The translations under genes were made by a program, and so were the position numbers. A model generated the notes under the pieces. It was not told where the DNA came from. It searched no databases and worked only from the letters and a program-made list of their open reading frames with translations. Below are positions 50,512 through 62,589 of a stretch of DNA of 64,000 nt, piece after piece. The stretch is from NCBI GenBank assembly GCA_051530055.1, contig CM121341.1, forward strand, positions 1,054,001-1,118,000, read 5' to 3'. The DNA comes from Neoechinorhynchus agilis (lineage: Eukaryota; Animalia; Acanthocephala). The stretch's first letter is position 1. The number at the start of each line of letters is the position of its first letter.

Positions 50512-51623
50512 ATTCATATTTCATTGAGTGACAAAGGCTTTGACCGAATTTCGATCGATGAAGGTGTAAAAGAGATCACAAGATAGAGGAATTACTGCGA
50601 GATCTTGCTACATTTATGACGGAATTGAAGCGCAGGAAGTTCAGCCGCAGGAGATTTTAAAGGAATGAGTGGCTTCATCCGTGGACCATTACGGGTGTCC
50701 GTGGTGTTTAATGGTCAAAACAAAATGCCGATCGGCCCGATAACATTGACCACAGCGTCTTTGCTTAAAAGCAGACCAATTATTTCGGTAGTCAATGGAC
50801 CCGCGTACCGATTTTCTCGCTTCCTAGTGATTAGCCCAATGCTTCAGTGTTATTTGCGGAATGTAGAGGGCTTAATTTTCTGAATGTGCGATGCAATGGT
50901 TTAAATGGTAGCCAGGTTATGTCCTTTGATTTTGTGGCAATGAGGGAACAGTACGAGGACTCGAAAAGCCGTTGAATGAGAACAAAGAAAACTTAAACGT
51001 TTTTCGGAATGCTGCCGACCGACGTGATTCGGCTCACTCGAATGGTTTTAGAGTACAACTTCATTCGATATAACGACCGAATCTATCTACAAATCCGTGG
51101 ATTGTCAATGGGAAACAGTCTTGCTTTCGAATTGGCAATCATTTTCGTCGATGATTTGGAAAAGTAGTGTACCTTCCCACATTAAAGGTTGAGTCAAATT
51201 TATCCCCGCTGCGTGGATGATGTGCTGTTCGCCTACAAGGAAGATTGGGAGATCGATGAAATGGCGAGGAGGTTGAATTCTATGGATTCTACTGGACGGG
51301 TTTAGGTGACGCGAAACCAACCATCAAATTATCTGCCGTTCCTATGTTTGTGTATCAAAGTTAATCCGATCACTGATTTCAGTTGGTATCGCAAACAGTA
51401 AAAGGTTTAGTCATGCATCGAGATTCCCATAATCCTTGGGCAATGAAACAGGCAATTTACGCTGCGATGCACAGGACAGCACTGATTTGCTCATTGTCAT
51501 TAACGGAAAAACGATTCACGTTTCGCTGATAATGGATATATGAACGTAACGAGATCATGCGGTTTAAAGAGACGAGAAACGGAATGACGATCATCCACAG
51601 AATCGATATAAAGCAAAAAACCA
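50512..51623 (+). mobile_element. Degenerate Penelope-like fragment, copy B, nearly identical to 1350-2435
   Basis: Same stops and frameshifts as copy A; differs by a ~27-bp indel near the left end and a few substitutions. Confidence 0.9.
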
Positions 51624-51641
51624 GCATTAAATTTTGCTAAG

Positions 51642-53132
51642 ATGACGGACAGAAGACCACAATTGAAAATTGATCCCAGAACTGGAGAATACTATATTCC
51701 AAGCCAACAGCTAAGAGATGGAACGTGGACAGCACGAATAGTCTTCCGACCGGCCAGAAATAACAATGAGCCACAGATGTCAAATGATAAAATGAGCGAA
51801 ACTGCAATGCCCAATGGAAATTTGAATTTAAATCCTGTTTCTCAGCAAAGATCATCTTTAGAGATTCATACTGCAAACAACAGAACCAGGAGTGTACCGA
51901 GGCCGAATGAAATTTGTTGGGCAAATAGAAATTGCTGTGGATCGGCGTGTCTCGCTCGCTATCAACCAGATCGCCGACAAAATCAACTAATGAGGAGCAA
52001 TAGTTCCACATACTCCGCATTTCGGTCAGAACATCGAAACCAAAGACCAACACCAATGAGTGCTGTAAATACAGCGGGACAATTCAGTGAATCGGTTGAT
52101 CAAAGAGTTCATTTGGTTCAAAATAACCAAAATATTACGTCGCAGCAACAACCACAAACAACAGGTATACAAAACGTAAACCTGTTTCCTGGCTTTCCGG
52201 CACCACGATTTGCTCAGTTACCGCTTGGACCAGCCGTATATCCAATGCCACAGCTTATCGCAAATATGCAGGCAATATCCTTGGGCAATCAATATCCATT
52301 GAATCAACAAAATGCGGCTTATGGATTTGGATGTGGCGACATCAGTATTAATCAAATTCCTTCGGGATTTACACATCAATCACTGAGGACACCAAGTGAA
52401 CTAAACGGCCCTAATAAAACCTGTGAGTCGGATAAAACAATCGATGAGAGGGAACCTGTAAAAACCGAGTCAAAAAATGATCATTTCCCCTCGGCAAGAC
52501 TTTATATTAACCGAAATAACGGCGATCAAGAGGAAAAGGTTCCAGTCATCGTTGAATTGAGCATTCGGGCCGAAGGCCAATCAAAAGGTGGGCTTAAAAA
52601 TTGCTCAAAAAGCAGAAACAATAAGTATTTACGGCAGCGACATCAAGAGGATTCAATAATCCCAAGTTGTTTATCAACCTATCTTCGTCCCGCTCAAGGA
52701 AAATACACAAAAAATAACAAAGCCAAGATGGAGGAGGCCAGCGACAGCGAGGATATCGAAGACATTGTCTCGGCCTTAGAACGTGAAGACGAGATGCCGC
52801 CGATCCCCGAAAAATTTATCGTCGAAGTCCATAAGGCAGGAAAGGAACAAGAAATTCCAGAATGGTTTACCTGCCACAACGACGAACAATGCCAAGATAT
52901 CTACAATGAAACCTTCATGGAAGAGCTGCTATTGGGCGACGAGGAATTCGAAATTTTAACATTGAATGCCGAAACATTGAACAAAAACAAAGATATGGCT
53001 TTCATTATAAAGTCTCTGTCCAACAGTAAAGTAGACACTCAGGCGGTCACCATTGTAGATGAGGAATATTCTATAAAGAATGAAAACCATAACATCCATA
53101 TGTTTTCTGTCAGCCCAGAGTGCAAGAGATGA
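51642..53132 (+). CDS. Intronless 496-aa orphan ORF (Q/N/P-rich N-half, acidic C-half)
   Basis: 1.5-kb open frame in an AT-rich genome; no family recognised; last ~14 codons come from the satellite. Confidence 0.5.
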   Translation: MTDRRPQLKIDPRTGEYYIPSQQLRDGTWTARIVFRPARNNNEPQMSNDKMSETAMPNGNLNLNPVSQQRSSLEIHTANNRTRSVPRPNEICWANRNCCGSACLARYQPDRRQNQLMRSNSSTYSAFRSEHRNQRPTPMSAVNTAGQFSESVDQRVHLVQNNQNITSQQQPQTTGIQNVNLFPGFPAPRFAQLPLGPAVYPMPQLIANMQAISLGNQYPLNQQNAAYGFGCGDISINQIPSGFTHQSLRTPSELNGPNKTCESDKTIDEREPVKTESKNDHFPSARLYINRNNGDQEEKVPVIVELSIRAEGQSKGGLKNCSKSRNNKYLRQRHQEDSIIPSCLSTYLRPAQGKYTKNNKAKMEEASDSEDIEDIVSALEREDEMPPIPEKFIVEVHKAGKEQEIPEWFTCHNDEQCQDIYNETFMEELLLGDEEFEILTLNAETLNKNKDMAFIIKSLSNSKVDTQAVTIVDEEYSIKNENHNIHMFSVSPECKR

Positions 53133-56100
53133 ACATGAGAAGGATGCATTGTGGGAGATGTTGGACTCGCGGCTATAAACCTCTATATAACGGCAAGACA
53201 CGGACCTGCAACGGTGTGGGTATCGGCATCTCTGAGAGATTCCGTGATGCCATAAAGGATGCCGAGAGATAAGATGACATACTGATGAAGATCACCATAG
53301 TAAGAGCCGAACGAACCATCCATATGTTTTCGGTCCACGCGCCCCACAGTGCAAGAGATGAACATGAGAAGGATGCATTCTGGGAGATGTTGGACTCGCG
53401 GCTATAAACCTCTATATAACGGCAAGACACGGACCTGCAACGGTGTGGGTATCGGGATCTCTGAGAGATTCCGTGATGCCATAAAGGATGCCGAGAGATA
53501 AGATGACATACTGATGAAGATCACCATAGTAAGAGCCGAACGAACCATCCATATGTTTTCGGTCCACGCGCCCCAGAGTGCAAGAGATGAACATGAGAAG
53601 TATGCATTCTGGGAGATGTTGGACTCGCGGCTATAAACCTCTATATAACGGCAAGACACGGACCTGCAACGGTGTGGGTATCGGCATCTCTGAGAGATTC
53701 CGTGATGCCATAAAGGATGCCGAGAGATAAGATGACATACTGATGAAGATCACCATAGTAAGAGCCGAACGAACCATCCATATGTTTTCGGTCCACGCGC
53801 CCCAGAGTGCAAGAGATGAACATGAGAAGGATGCATTCTGGGAGATGTTGGACTCGTGGCTATAAACCTCTATATAACGGCATTGCACGGACCTGCAACG
53901 GTGTGGGTATCGGCATTTCTGAGAGATTCCGTGATGCCATAAAGGATGCCGAGAGATAAGATGACATACTGATGAAGATCACCATAGTAAGTGCCGAACG
54001 AACCATCCATATGTTTTCGGTCCACGCGCCCCAGAGTGCAAGAGATGAACATGAGAAGAATGCATTCTGGGAGATGTTGGACTCGCGGCTATAAACCTCT
54101 ATATAACGGCAAGACACGGACCTGCAACGGTGATGGTATCGGCATCTCTGAGAGATTCCGTGATGCCATAAAGATGCCGAGAGATAAGATGACATACTGA
54201 TGAAGATCACCATAGTAAGTGCCGAACGAACCATCCACGCGCCCCAGAGTGCAAGAGATGAACATGAGAAGGATGCATTCTCGGAGATGTTGGACTCGCG
54301 GCTATAAACCTCTATATAGCGGCAAGACATGGACCTGCAACGGCGTGGGTATCGGCATCTCTGAGAGATTCCGTGATGCCATAAAGGATGCCGAGAGATA
54401 AGATGACATACTGATGAAGATCACCATAGTAAGAGCCGAACGAACCATCCATATGTTTTCGGTCCACGCGCCCCAGAGTGCAAGAAGATAGACATGAGAA
54501 GAATGCATTCTGGGAGATGTTGGACTCGTGGCTATAAACCTCTATATAACGGCATTGCACGGACCTACAACGGTGTGGGTATCGGCATCTCTGAGAGATT
54601 CCGTGATGCCATAAAGGATGCCGAGAGATAAGATGACATACTGATGAAGATCACCATAGTAAGAGCCGGTTTGAACCATCCATATGTTTTCCGATCCACA
54701 CCGCTGAGTGAGATGTTTGGAAGAATGCATTCAGGAGTATTGTTGTAATATAAACCCTCATATAACGGTAGACGGACCTGTGGTGATGGTATCGGCATCT
54801 CTGAGAGATTCCGTGATGCCATAAAGGATGCCGAGAGATAAGATGACATACTGATGAAGATCACCATAGTAAGTGCCGAACGAACCATCAATATGTTTTC
54901 GGTCCACGCGCCCCAGAGTGCAAGAGATGAACATGAGAAGGATGCATTCTGGGAGATGTTGGACTCGCGGCTATAAACCTCTATATAACGGCAAGACACG
55001 GACCTGCAACGGTGATGGTATCGGCATCTCTGAGAGATTCCGTGATGCCATAAAGGATGCCGAGAGATAAAATGACATACTGATGAAGATCACCATAGTA
55101 AGAGCCGAACAGACCATCCATATGTTTTCGGTCCACGCGCCCCAGAGTGCAAAGAGATGAACATGAGAAGGATGCATTCTGGGAGATGTTGGACTCGTGG
55201 CTATAAACCTCTAAATAACGGCAAGACACGGACCTGAAACGGTGTGGGTATCGGCATTTCTGAGAGATTCCGTGATGCCATAAAGGATGCCGAGAGATAA
55301 GATGACATACTGATGAAGATCACCATAGTAAGAGCCGAACGAACCATCCATATGTTTTCGGTCCACGCGCCCCAGAGTGCAAGAGAGATGAACATGAGAA
55401 GAATGCATTCTGGGAGATGTTGGACTCGCGGCTATAAACCTCTATATAACGGCAAGACACGGACCTGCAACGGTGATGGTATCGGCATCTCTGAGAGAGT
55501 CCGTGATGCCATAAAGGATGCCGAGAGATAAAATGACATACTGATGAAGATCACCATAGTAAGTGCCGAACGAACCATCAATATGTTTTCGGTCCACGCG
55601 CCCCAGAGTGCAAGAGATGAACATGAGAAGGATGCATTCTGGGAGATGTTGGACTCGTGCCTATAAACCTCTATATAACGGCATTGCACGGACCTACAAC
55701 GGTGTGGGTATCGGCATCTCTGAGAGATTCCGTGATGCCATAAAGGATGCCGAGAGATAAGATGACATACTGATGAAGATCACCATAGTAAGAGCCGAAC
55801 GAACCATCCATATGTTTTCGGTCCACGCGCCCCTGAGTGCAAGAGATTAACATGAGAAGGATGCATTCTGGGAGATGTTGGACTCGTGGCTATAAACCTC
55901 TATATAACGGCATTGCACGGACCTACAACGGTGTGGGTATCGGCATCTCTGAGAGATTCCGTGATGCCATAAAGGATGCCGAGAGATAAGATGACATACT
56001 GATGAAGATCACCATAGTAAGAGCCGAACGAACCATCCATATGTTTTCGGTCCACGCGCCCCAGAGTGCAAGAGATGAACATGAAGGATGCATTCTGGGA

Positions 56101-59100
56101 GATGTTGGACTCGTGGCTAAACCTCTCTATAACGGCATTGCACGGACCTGCAACGGTGTGGGTATCGGCATTTCTGAGAGATTCCGTGATGCCATAAAGG
56201 ATGCCGAGAGATAAGATGACATACTGATGAAGATCACCATAGTAAGAGCCGAACGAACCATCCATATGTTTTCGGTCCACGCGCCCCAGAGTGCAAGAGA
56301 TGAACATGAGAAGGATGCATTCTGGGAGATGTTGGACTCGCGGCTATAAACCTCTATATAACGGCAAGACACGGACCTGAAACGGTGTGGGTATGGGGAT
56401 CTCTGAGAGATTCCGTGATGCCATAAAGGATGCCGAGAGATAAGATGACATACTGATGAAGATCACCATAGTAAGTGCCGAACGAACCATCCATATGTTT
56501 TCGGTCCACGCGCCCCAGAGTGCAAGAGATGAACATGAGAAGTATGCATTGTGGGAGATGTTGGACTCGCGGCTATAAACCTCTATATAACGGCAAGACA
56601 CGGACCTGCAACGGTGTGGGTATCGGCATCTCTGAGAGATTCCGTGATGCCATAAAGGATGCCGAGAGATAAGATGACATACTGATGAAGATCACCATAG
56701 TAAGTGCCGAACGAACCATCCATATGTTTTCGGTCCACGCGCCCCAGAGTGCAAGAGATGAACATGAGAAGAATGCATTCTGGGAGATGTTGGACTCGCG
56801 GCTATAAACCTCTATATAACGGCAAGACACGGACCTGCAACGGTGTGGGTATCGGCTCCTGAGAGATTCCGTGATGCCATAAAGGATGCCGAGAGATAAG
56901 ATGACATACTGATGAAGATCACCATGTCAGTGCCGAACGAACCATCCATATGTTTCGGTCCACGCGCCCCAGAGTGCAAGAGATGAACATGAGAAGGATA
57001 TGAATTCTCGGAGATGTTGGACTCGTGGCTATAAACCTCTATATAACGGCAAGACACGGACCTGCAACGGTGATGGTATCGGCATCTCTGAGAGATTCCG
57101 TGATGCCATAAACGATGCCGAGAGATAAGATGACATACTGATGAAGATCACCATAGTAAGTGCCGAACGAACCATCCATATGTTTTCGGTCCACGCGCCC
57201 CAGAGTGCAAGAGATGAACATGAGAAGGATGCATTCTGGGAGATGTTGGACTCGTGGCTATAAACCTCTATATAACGGCGAGACATGGACCTGCAACGGT
57301 GTGGGTATCGGCATTTCTGAAATTCCGTGATGCCATAAAGGATGCCGAGAGATAAGATGACATACTGATGAAGATCACCATAGTAAGAGCCGAACGAACC
57401 ATCCATATGTTTTCGGTCCACGCGCCCCAGAGTGCAAAGAGATGAACATGAGAAGAATGCATTCTGGGAGATGTTGGACTCGCGGCTATAAACCTCTATA
57501 TAACGGCAAGACACGGACCTGCAACGGTGTGGGTATCGGCATCTCTGAGAGATCCGTGATGCCATAAAGGATGCCGAGAGATAAGATGACATACTGATGA
57601 AGATCACCATAGTAAGTGCCGAACGAACCATCCATATGTTTTCAGTCCACGCGCCCCAGAGTGCAAGAGATGAACATGAGAAGGATGCATTCTGGGAGAT
57701 GTTGGACTCGTGGCTATAAACCTCTATATAACGGCAAGACACGGACCTGCAACGGTGTGGGTATCGGCATCTCTGAGAGATTCCGTGATGCCATAAAGGA
57801 TGCCGAGAGATAAGATGACATACTGATGAAGATCACCATAGTAAGTGCCGAACGAACCATCCATATGTTTTCGGTCCACGCGCCCCAGAGTGCAAGAGAT
57901 GAACATGAGAAGGATGCATTCTGGGAGATGTTGGACTCGTGGCTATAAACCTCTATATAACGGCAAGACACGGACCTGCAACGGTGTGGGTATCGGCATC
58001 TCTGAGAGATTCCGTGATGCCATAAAGGATGCCGAGAGATAAGATGACATACTGATGAAGATCACCATAGTAAGAGCCGAACGAACCATCCATATGTTTT
58101 CGGTCCACGCGCCCCAGAGTGCAAGAGATGAACATGAGAAGAATGCATTCTGGGAGATGTTGGACTCGCGGCTATAAACCGCTATATAACGGCAATGCAC
58201 GGACCTGCAACGGTGTGGGTATCGGCATTTCTGAGAGATTCCGTGATGCCATAAAGGATGCCGAGAGATAAGATGACATACTGATGAAGATCACCATAGT
58301 AAGTGCCGAACGAACCATCCATATGTTTTCAGTCCACGCGCCCCAGAGTGCAAGAGATGAACATGAGAAGGATGCATTCTGGGAGATGTTGGACTCGTGG
58401 CTATAAACCTCTAAATAACGGCAATGCACGGACCTGCAACGGTGTGGGTATCGGCATCTCTGAGAGATCCCGTGATGCCATAAAGGATGCCGAGAGATAA
58501 GATGACATACTGATGAAGATCACCATAGTAAGAGCCGAACGAACCATCCATATGTTTTCGGTCCACGCGCCCCAGAGTGCAAGAGATGAACATGAGAAGA
58601 ATGCATTCTGGGAGATGTTGGACTCGCGGCTATAAACCGCTATATAACGGCAATGCACGGACCTGCAACGGTGTGGGTATCGGCATTTCTGAGAGATTCC
58701 GTGATGCCATAAAGGATGCCGAGAGATAAGATGACATACTGATGAAGATCACCATAGTAAGAGCCGAACGAACCATCCATATGTTTTCGGTCCACGCGCC
58801 CCAGAGTGCAAGAGATGAACATGGGAAGGATGCATTCTGGGAGATGTAGGACTCGCGGCTATAAACCTCTATATAACGGCAAGACACGGACCTGCAACGG
58901 TGTGGGTATCGGCATCTCTGAGAGATTCCGTGATGCCATAAGGATGCCGAGAGATAAGATGACATACTGATGAAGATCACCATAGTAAGAGCCGAACGAA
59001 CCATCCATATGTTTTCGGTCCACGCGCCCCAGAGTGCAAGAGATGAACATGAGAAGGATGCATTCTGGGAGATGTTGGACTCGTGGCTATAAACCTCTAT

Positions 59101-59768
59101 ATAACGGCAAGACACGGACCTGCAACGGTGTGGGTATCGGCATCTCTGAGAGATTCCGTGATGCCATAAAGGATGCCGAGAGATAAGATGACATACTGAT
59201 GAAGATCACCATAGTAAGAGCCGAACGAACCATCCATATGTTTTCGGTCCACGCGCCCCAGAGTGCAAGAGATGAACATGAGAAGGATGCATTCTGGGAG
59301 ATGTTGGACTCGTGGCTATAAACCTCTATATAACGGCAAGACACGGACCTGCAACGGTGTGGGTATCGGCATCTCTGAGAGATTCCGTGATGCCATAAAG
59401 GATGCCGAGAGATAAGATGACATACTGATGAAGATCACCATAGTAAGAGCCGAACGAACCATCCATATGTTTTCGGTCCACGCGCCCCAGAGTGCAAGAG
59501 ATGAACATGAGAAGGATGCATTCTGGGAGATGTTGGACTCGTGGCTATAAACCTCTATATAACGGCAAGCACGGACCTGCAACGGTGTGGGTATCGGCAT
59601 CTCTGAGAGATTCCGTGATGCCATAAAGGATGCCGAGAGATAAGATGACATACTGATGAAGATCACCATAGTAAGAGCCGAACGAACCATCCATATGTTT
59701 TCGGTCCACGCGCCCCAGAGTGCAAGAGATGAACATGAGAAGGATACATTCTGGGAGATGTTGGACTC
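53090..59768 (+). repeat. Satellite of ~29 x 229 bp derived from the APE endonuclease domain of an RTE LINE
   Basis: Unit reads GYKPLYNG..RTCNGVGIGISERFRD..ER*DDILMKI....IHMFSVHAPQ...EKDAFWEML; the last unit runs on into unique RTE sequence. Confidence 0.93.
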
Positions 59769-61105
59769 GGAACACAAGCTGCATTCCCACAGAATATTAT
59801 TTGATAATAGCAGGAGACATGAATGGTCATGTTTGACAGGCTACTGATAGGAATCGTTGCCACGGAGGAGGCAAAGGCTATGGAATTCGAAATGAAGACG
59901 GCGACCGCATCACTGATTTCTGCGACTCACAAAGTGTGGTCATCACCATTACGTGTTTCGTGAAGCGAATATCACACCTACCAACTTTTTACAGTGGCAA
60001 CAATAAATCTTAGATCGATTTCCTCGTCGTCCGTCGTTAGCACTTATCTACAGTTTATAACGTAAGAGTCGTTCCCTATGAAACAGTCGCTGCTCAACAC
60101 CGACTTCTATTTGCTTGCCTGACTATAAAACCACCCGTACACTTCAAAGAGCAAAGAACTGACCCAGGTAGAATCAAATAGTGGCGCTTTCACGAGATGG
60201 AGTCTAAAATGATGTCGAACATGGGTTTTATTCGAAATCACAAGTGTAGATGATGCGTGAAGGAAGCTCAAGAAGACAGCTCGCGCAACGATCGGCATCA
60301 CCAAACCCGGTAAGCGATACATTGACCACTGCTGCGCATGGATCTGGACGGATAAACAAAGGTGCATGAGAGAAAAATGAAAAATACCATGCGTTTCTCC
60401 GCTTCAAAACACACGCTAACTAGCAGAAATACAAAGAAGCCAAGCGTAGTGCAAAGAAGGCGAATGCTGCCGCAAGATCTGTTCACTACGATAAAATCAT
60501 TCGCAACCTAGAACATCGAGGCGAAGATCGAACACTCTTCGGACTGATGAAATTGAGGCATCTGCAGACGCAAGACGTTGAAAAATTTCACTGCGTTAAT
60601 AAGGGAAATGGTAGGATGATATCGTGAAGCAGCACGAAGAGAAAGATGGCGTCGCTCCGAGGAGTTTCCGCACCCATCAATTGAGTCGACACCACCAATC
60701 GACCTATCTATTCTATATATCGATACAGTTGAAGCTGAACAGGCCATCAAAACAATGAATAACGGCAAATCAACAGGTCCAGACGATCTCCGAGTGAGCG
60801 GCAAATTAGCACGACAATACCTATATGGAAACGGAAAGGAAATCCGGCCGAATGCAAAAATTACCGATCCGACTAACATCCCACACTATGAAAATCTATG
60901 AACGAATTATCGAAGCGCGCATCCGTAATATTGTTGAAATCAACGCCAATCAAACAGGTTTCGTGAAGGACTGTGTAGCACAGTCGATGCGATTTATGCT
61001 GTGCGACTTTTCTTTGAGAAATATCGTGAGAGAAACCTAGCAATCCACGCAGCCTTCTTTGACCTCAAAAAAGCGTTCGACCCTGTACCGCATGAACTCA
61101 TCACA
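59769..61105 (+). mobile_element. Degenerate RTE-clade LINE (rest of EN, linker, RT N-terminus)
   Basis: GYGIRNEDGDRI.DFC, VVPYETVAAQHRLL, MNNGKSTGPDD, PIRLTSHTMKIYERII, FFDLKKAFD.VP. Confidence 0.88.
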
Positions 61106-61479
61106 AGAGATTCTGCTCGAGGAAATTGGCTTCAACTGCATGGATAGGAAAAGACACAATTGCGGGAATGGTTGAATAAATAATCCTCCATCAGTTTCCG
61201 CTGGGAATCATATCAATCTGTCGGTCCATGAAAATCTCAAAAACTGATATAGAGTTCGATTTTAGGATACGCGGTCGACCTTCAGAATTAAGAAACCTAT
61301 TTTAAAAGCTCAAGAAATGATGTTGCAAATTACACAACGATTCTATTGTATCTCGCTTTCTGTTGGTTCGTTGTTTTCGTCGCCAACATTTTTCCCGTGG
61401 TACCAAACGACTTGAGTGTCTCGGCGCCAAAGGGAACAAAATAATGATTTCGATCCCGGGGGCCACCTCTTAATCTCAA

Positions 61480-61830
61480 CCCCCTTTGACGCGTTTAAAT
61501 TCCGGGATTATCCATTACGGCATGGAACGAAACAAAACTTTTGCTTAAAGCTCTACCGGTCATCAATGTGTTAAAAATCAATGACCAATGCAACACATCG
61601 CAGGCGCCACCATTTCATTAGATCCGGAATTCTACTGTACACTTAATGCTCCCAATTAGGCAGAGATCGGTTTATGCGGGTCCTAAGGAAAACTCCATCG
61701 CCACTTCTTCAATCTGATCATAAATTTCACCATTATATTGAAAGGCATTCTTAGAAAGCACATCTTAAAAGAACTTTGATGTAAAGAGTAACAACACCGA
61801 TCTCTTACATCAGAAAAGTGATTGAACCAC
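61480..61830 (-). mobile_element. Penelope RT fragment
   Basis: NAFQYNGEIYDQIEEVAMEFSLGP resembles the F.YNG..Y.Q..G.AMGS.LGP motif. Confidence 0.6.
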
Positions 61831-62589
61831 TTAGACTCTGATGCGTACGGTAAAGAGTTTGTACATCCCTGCGGATTATCAGATACCTCCAGGACGGGAT
61901 GTAATAATCTGAATCAATAGAACCGGCTTGCCAGTAACATTTATGAAGTAAAGAATAACATCAAGTTTTCCATCGTTTTTAAGTTTTAATAGAAGAGTTG
62001 AAGTTCCCTTCTTTTTATTTCGTAGGGTCCTAGTTTAGTTTTGAGAATTTTCACGGGACGAGTAGACTTAAACGTCTAGAAACATATATGGGTCCCGATC
62101 AATGATCACCACTGTTTTACCTTTGGTGTTGTGAATAGAGCCGTCTCGTATATAATATCGATTATTATTTTAAGTTGTGTTGGCGTGATTGTTAATAGCG
62201 TCGCATCGTGACAGTTCAGCTTTTAGCCCTGAGAAGCGCTTTCTTTTTCTCTAATGAAATTGATTTTGTTGATTCCCGCAGTTCTGTTCCATGGAAATTT
62301 AAAGAATCATACAAATTTACTAGTTTGTAATTCAACAAACATAAATTGCAAAATGTTTAAATTTGTTGTTAATTTTTGATGCCAGCATAGATCTATATAA
62401 AGCCCCAAATTTCTTGCACAATCTTACGAAAAATAGCTACATTCTATCGAAGAATAGGATTGCCGAAATTATTACTAATCGTCTAATTTCGATTAACAAT
62501 AAAATAATTCGAAATTCCTCAGTGAACGTTTTTTCAGTTTTTAATTTTCACAGGCCTTTAGATGCGGTTAATAATATTCTAACATTTCT

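Noticed and set aside
51660-51740. WW-like motif (DPRTGEYY...W) in the orphan ORF
   Set aside because: Lacks the first Trp and the normal spacing.
54660-54790. Highly aberrant satellite monomer (also ~56820-57010)
   Set aside because: Dense scattered indels look like long-read consensus error rather than biology.
53090-59768. CRISPR-like array, the many 60-85 aa ORFs, and CTGATGAAG as a hammerhead in each unit
   Set aside because: Units are full-length repeats with no unique spacers; the ORFs are off-frame or antisense readings of a dead RTE fragment; no helix II plus GAAA follows CTGATGA.
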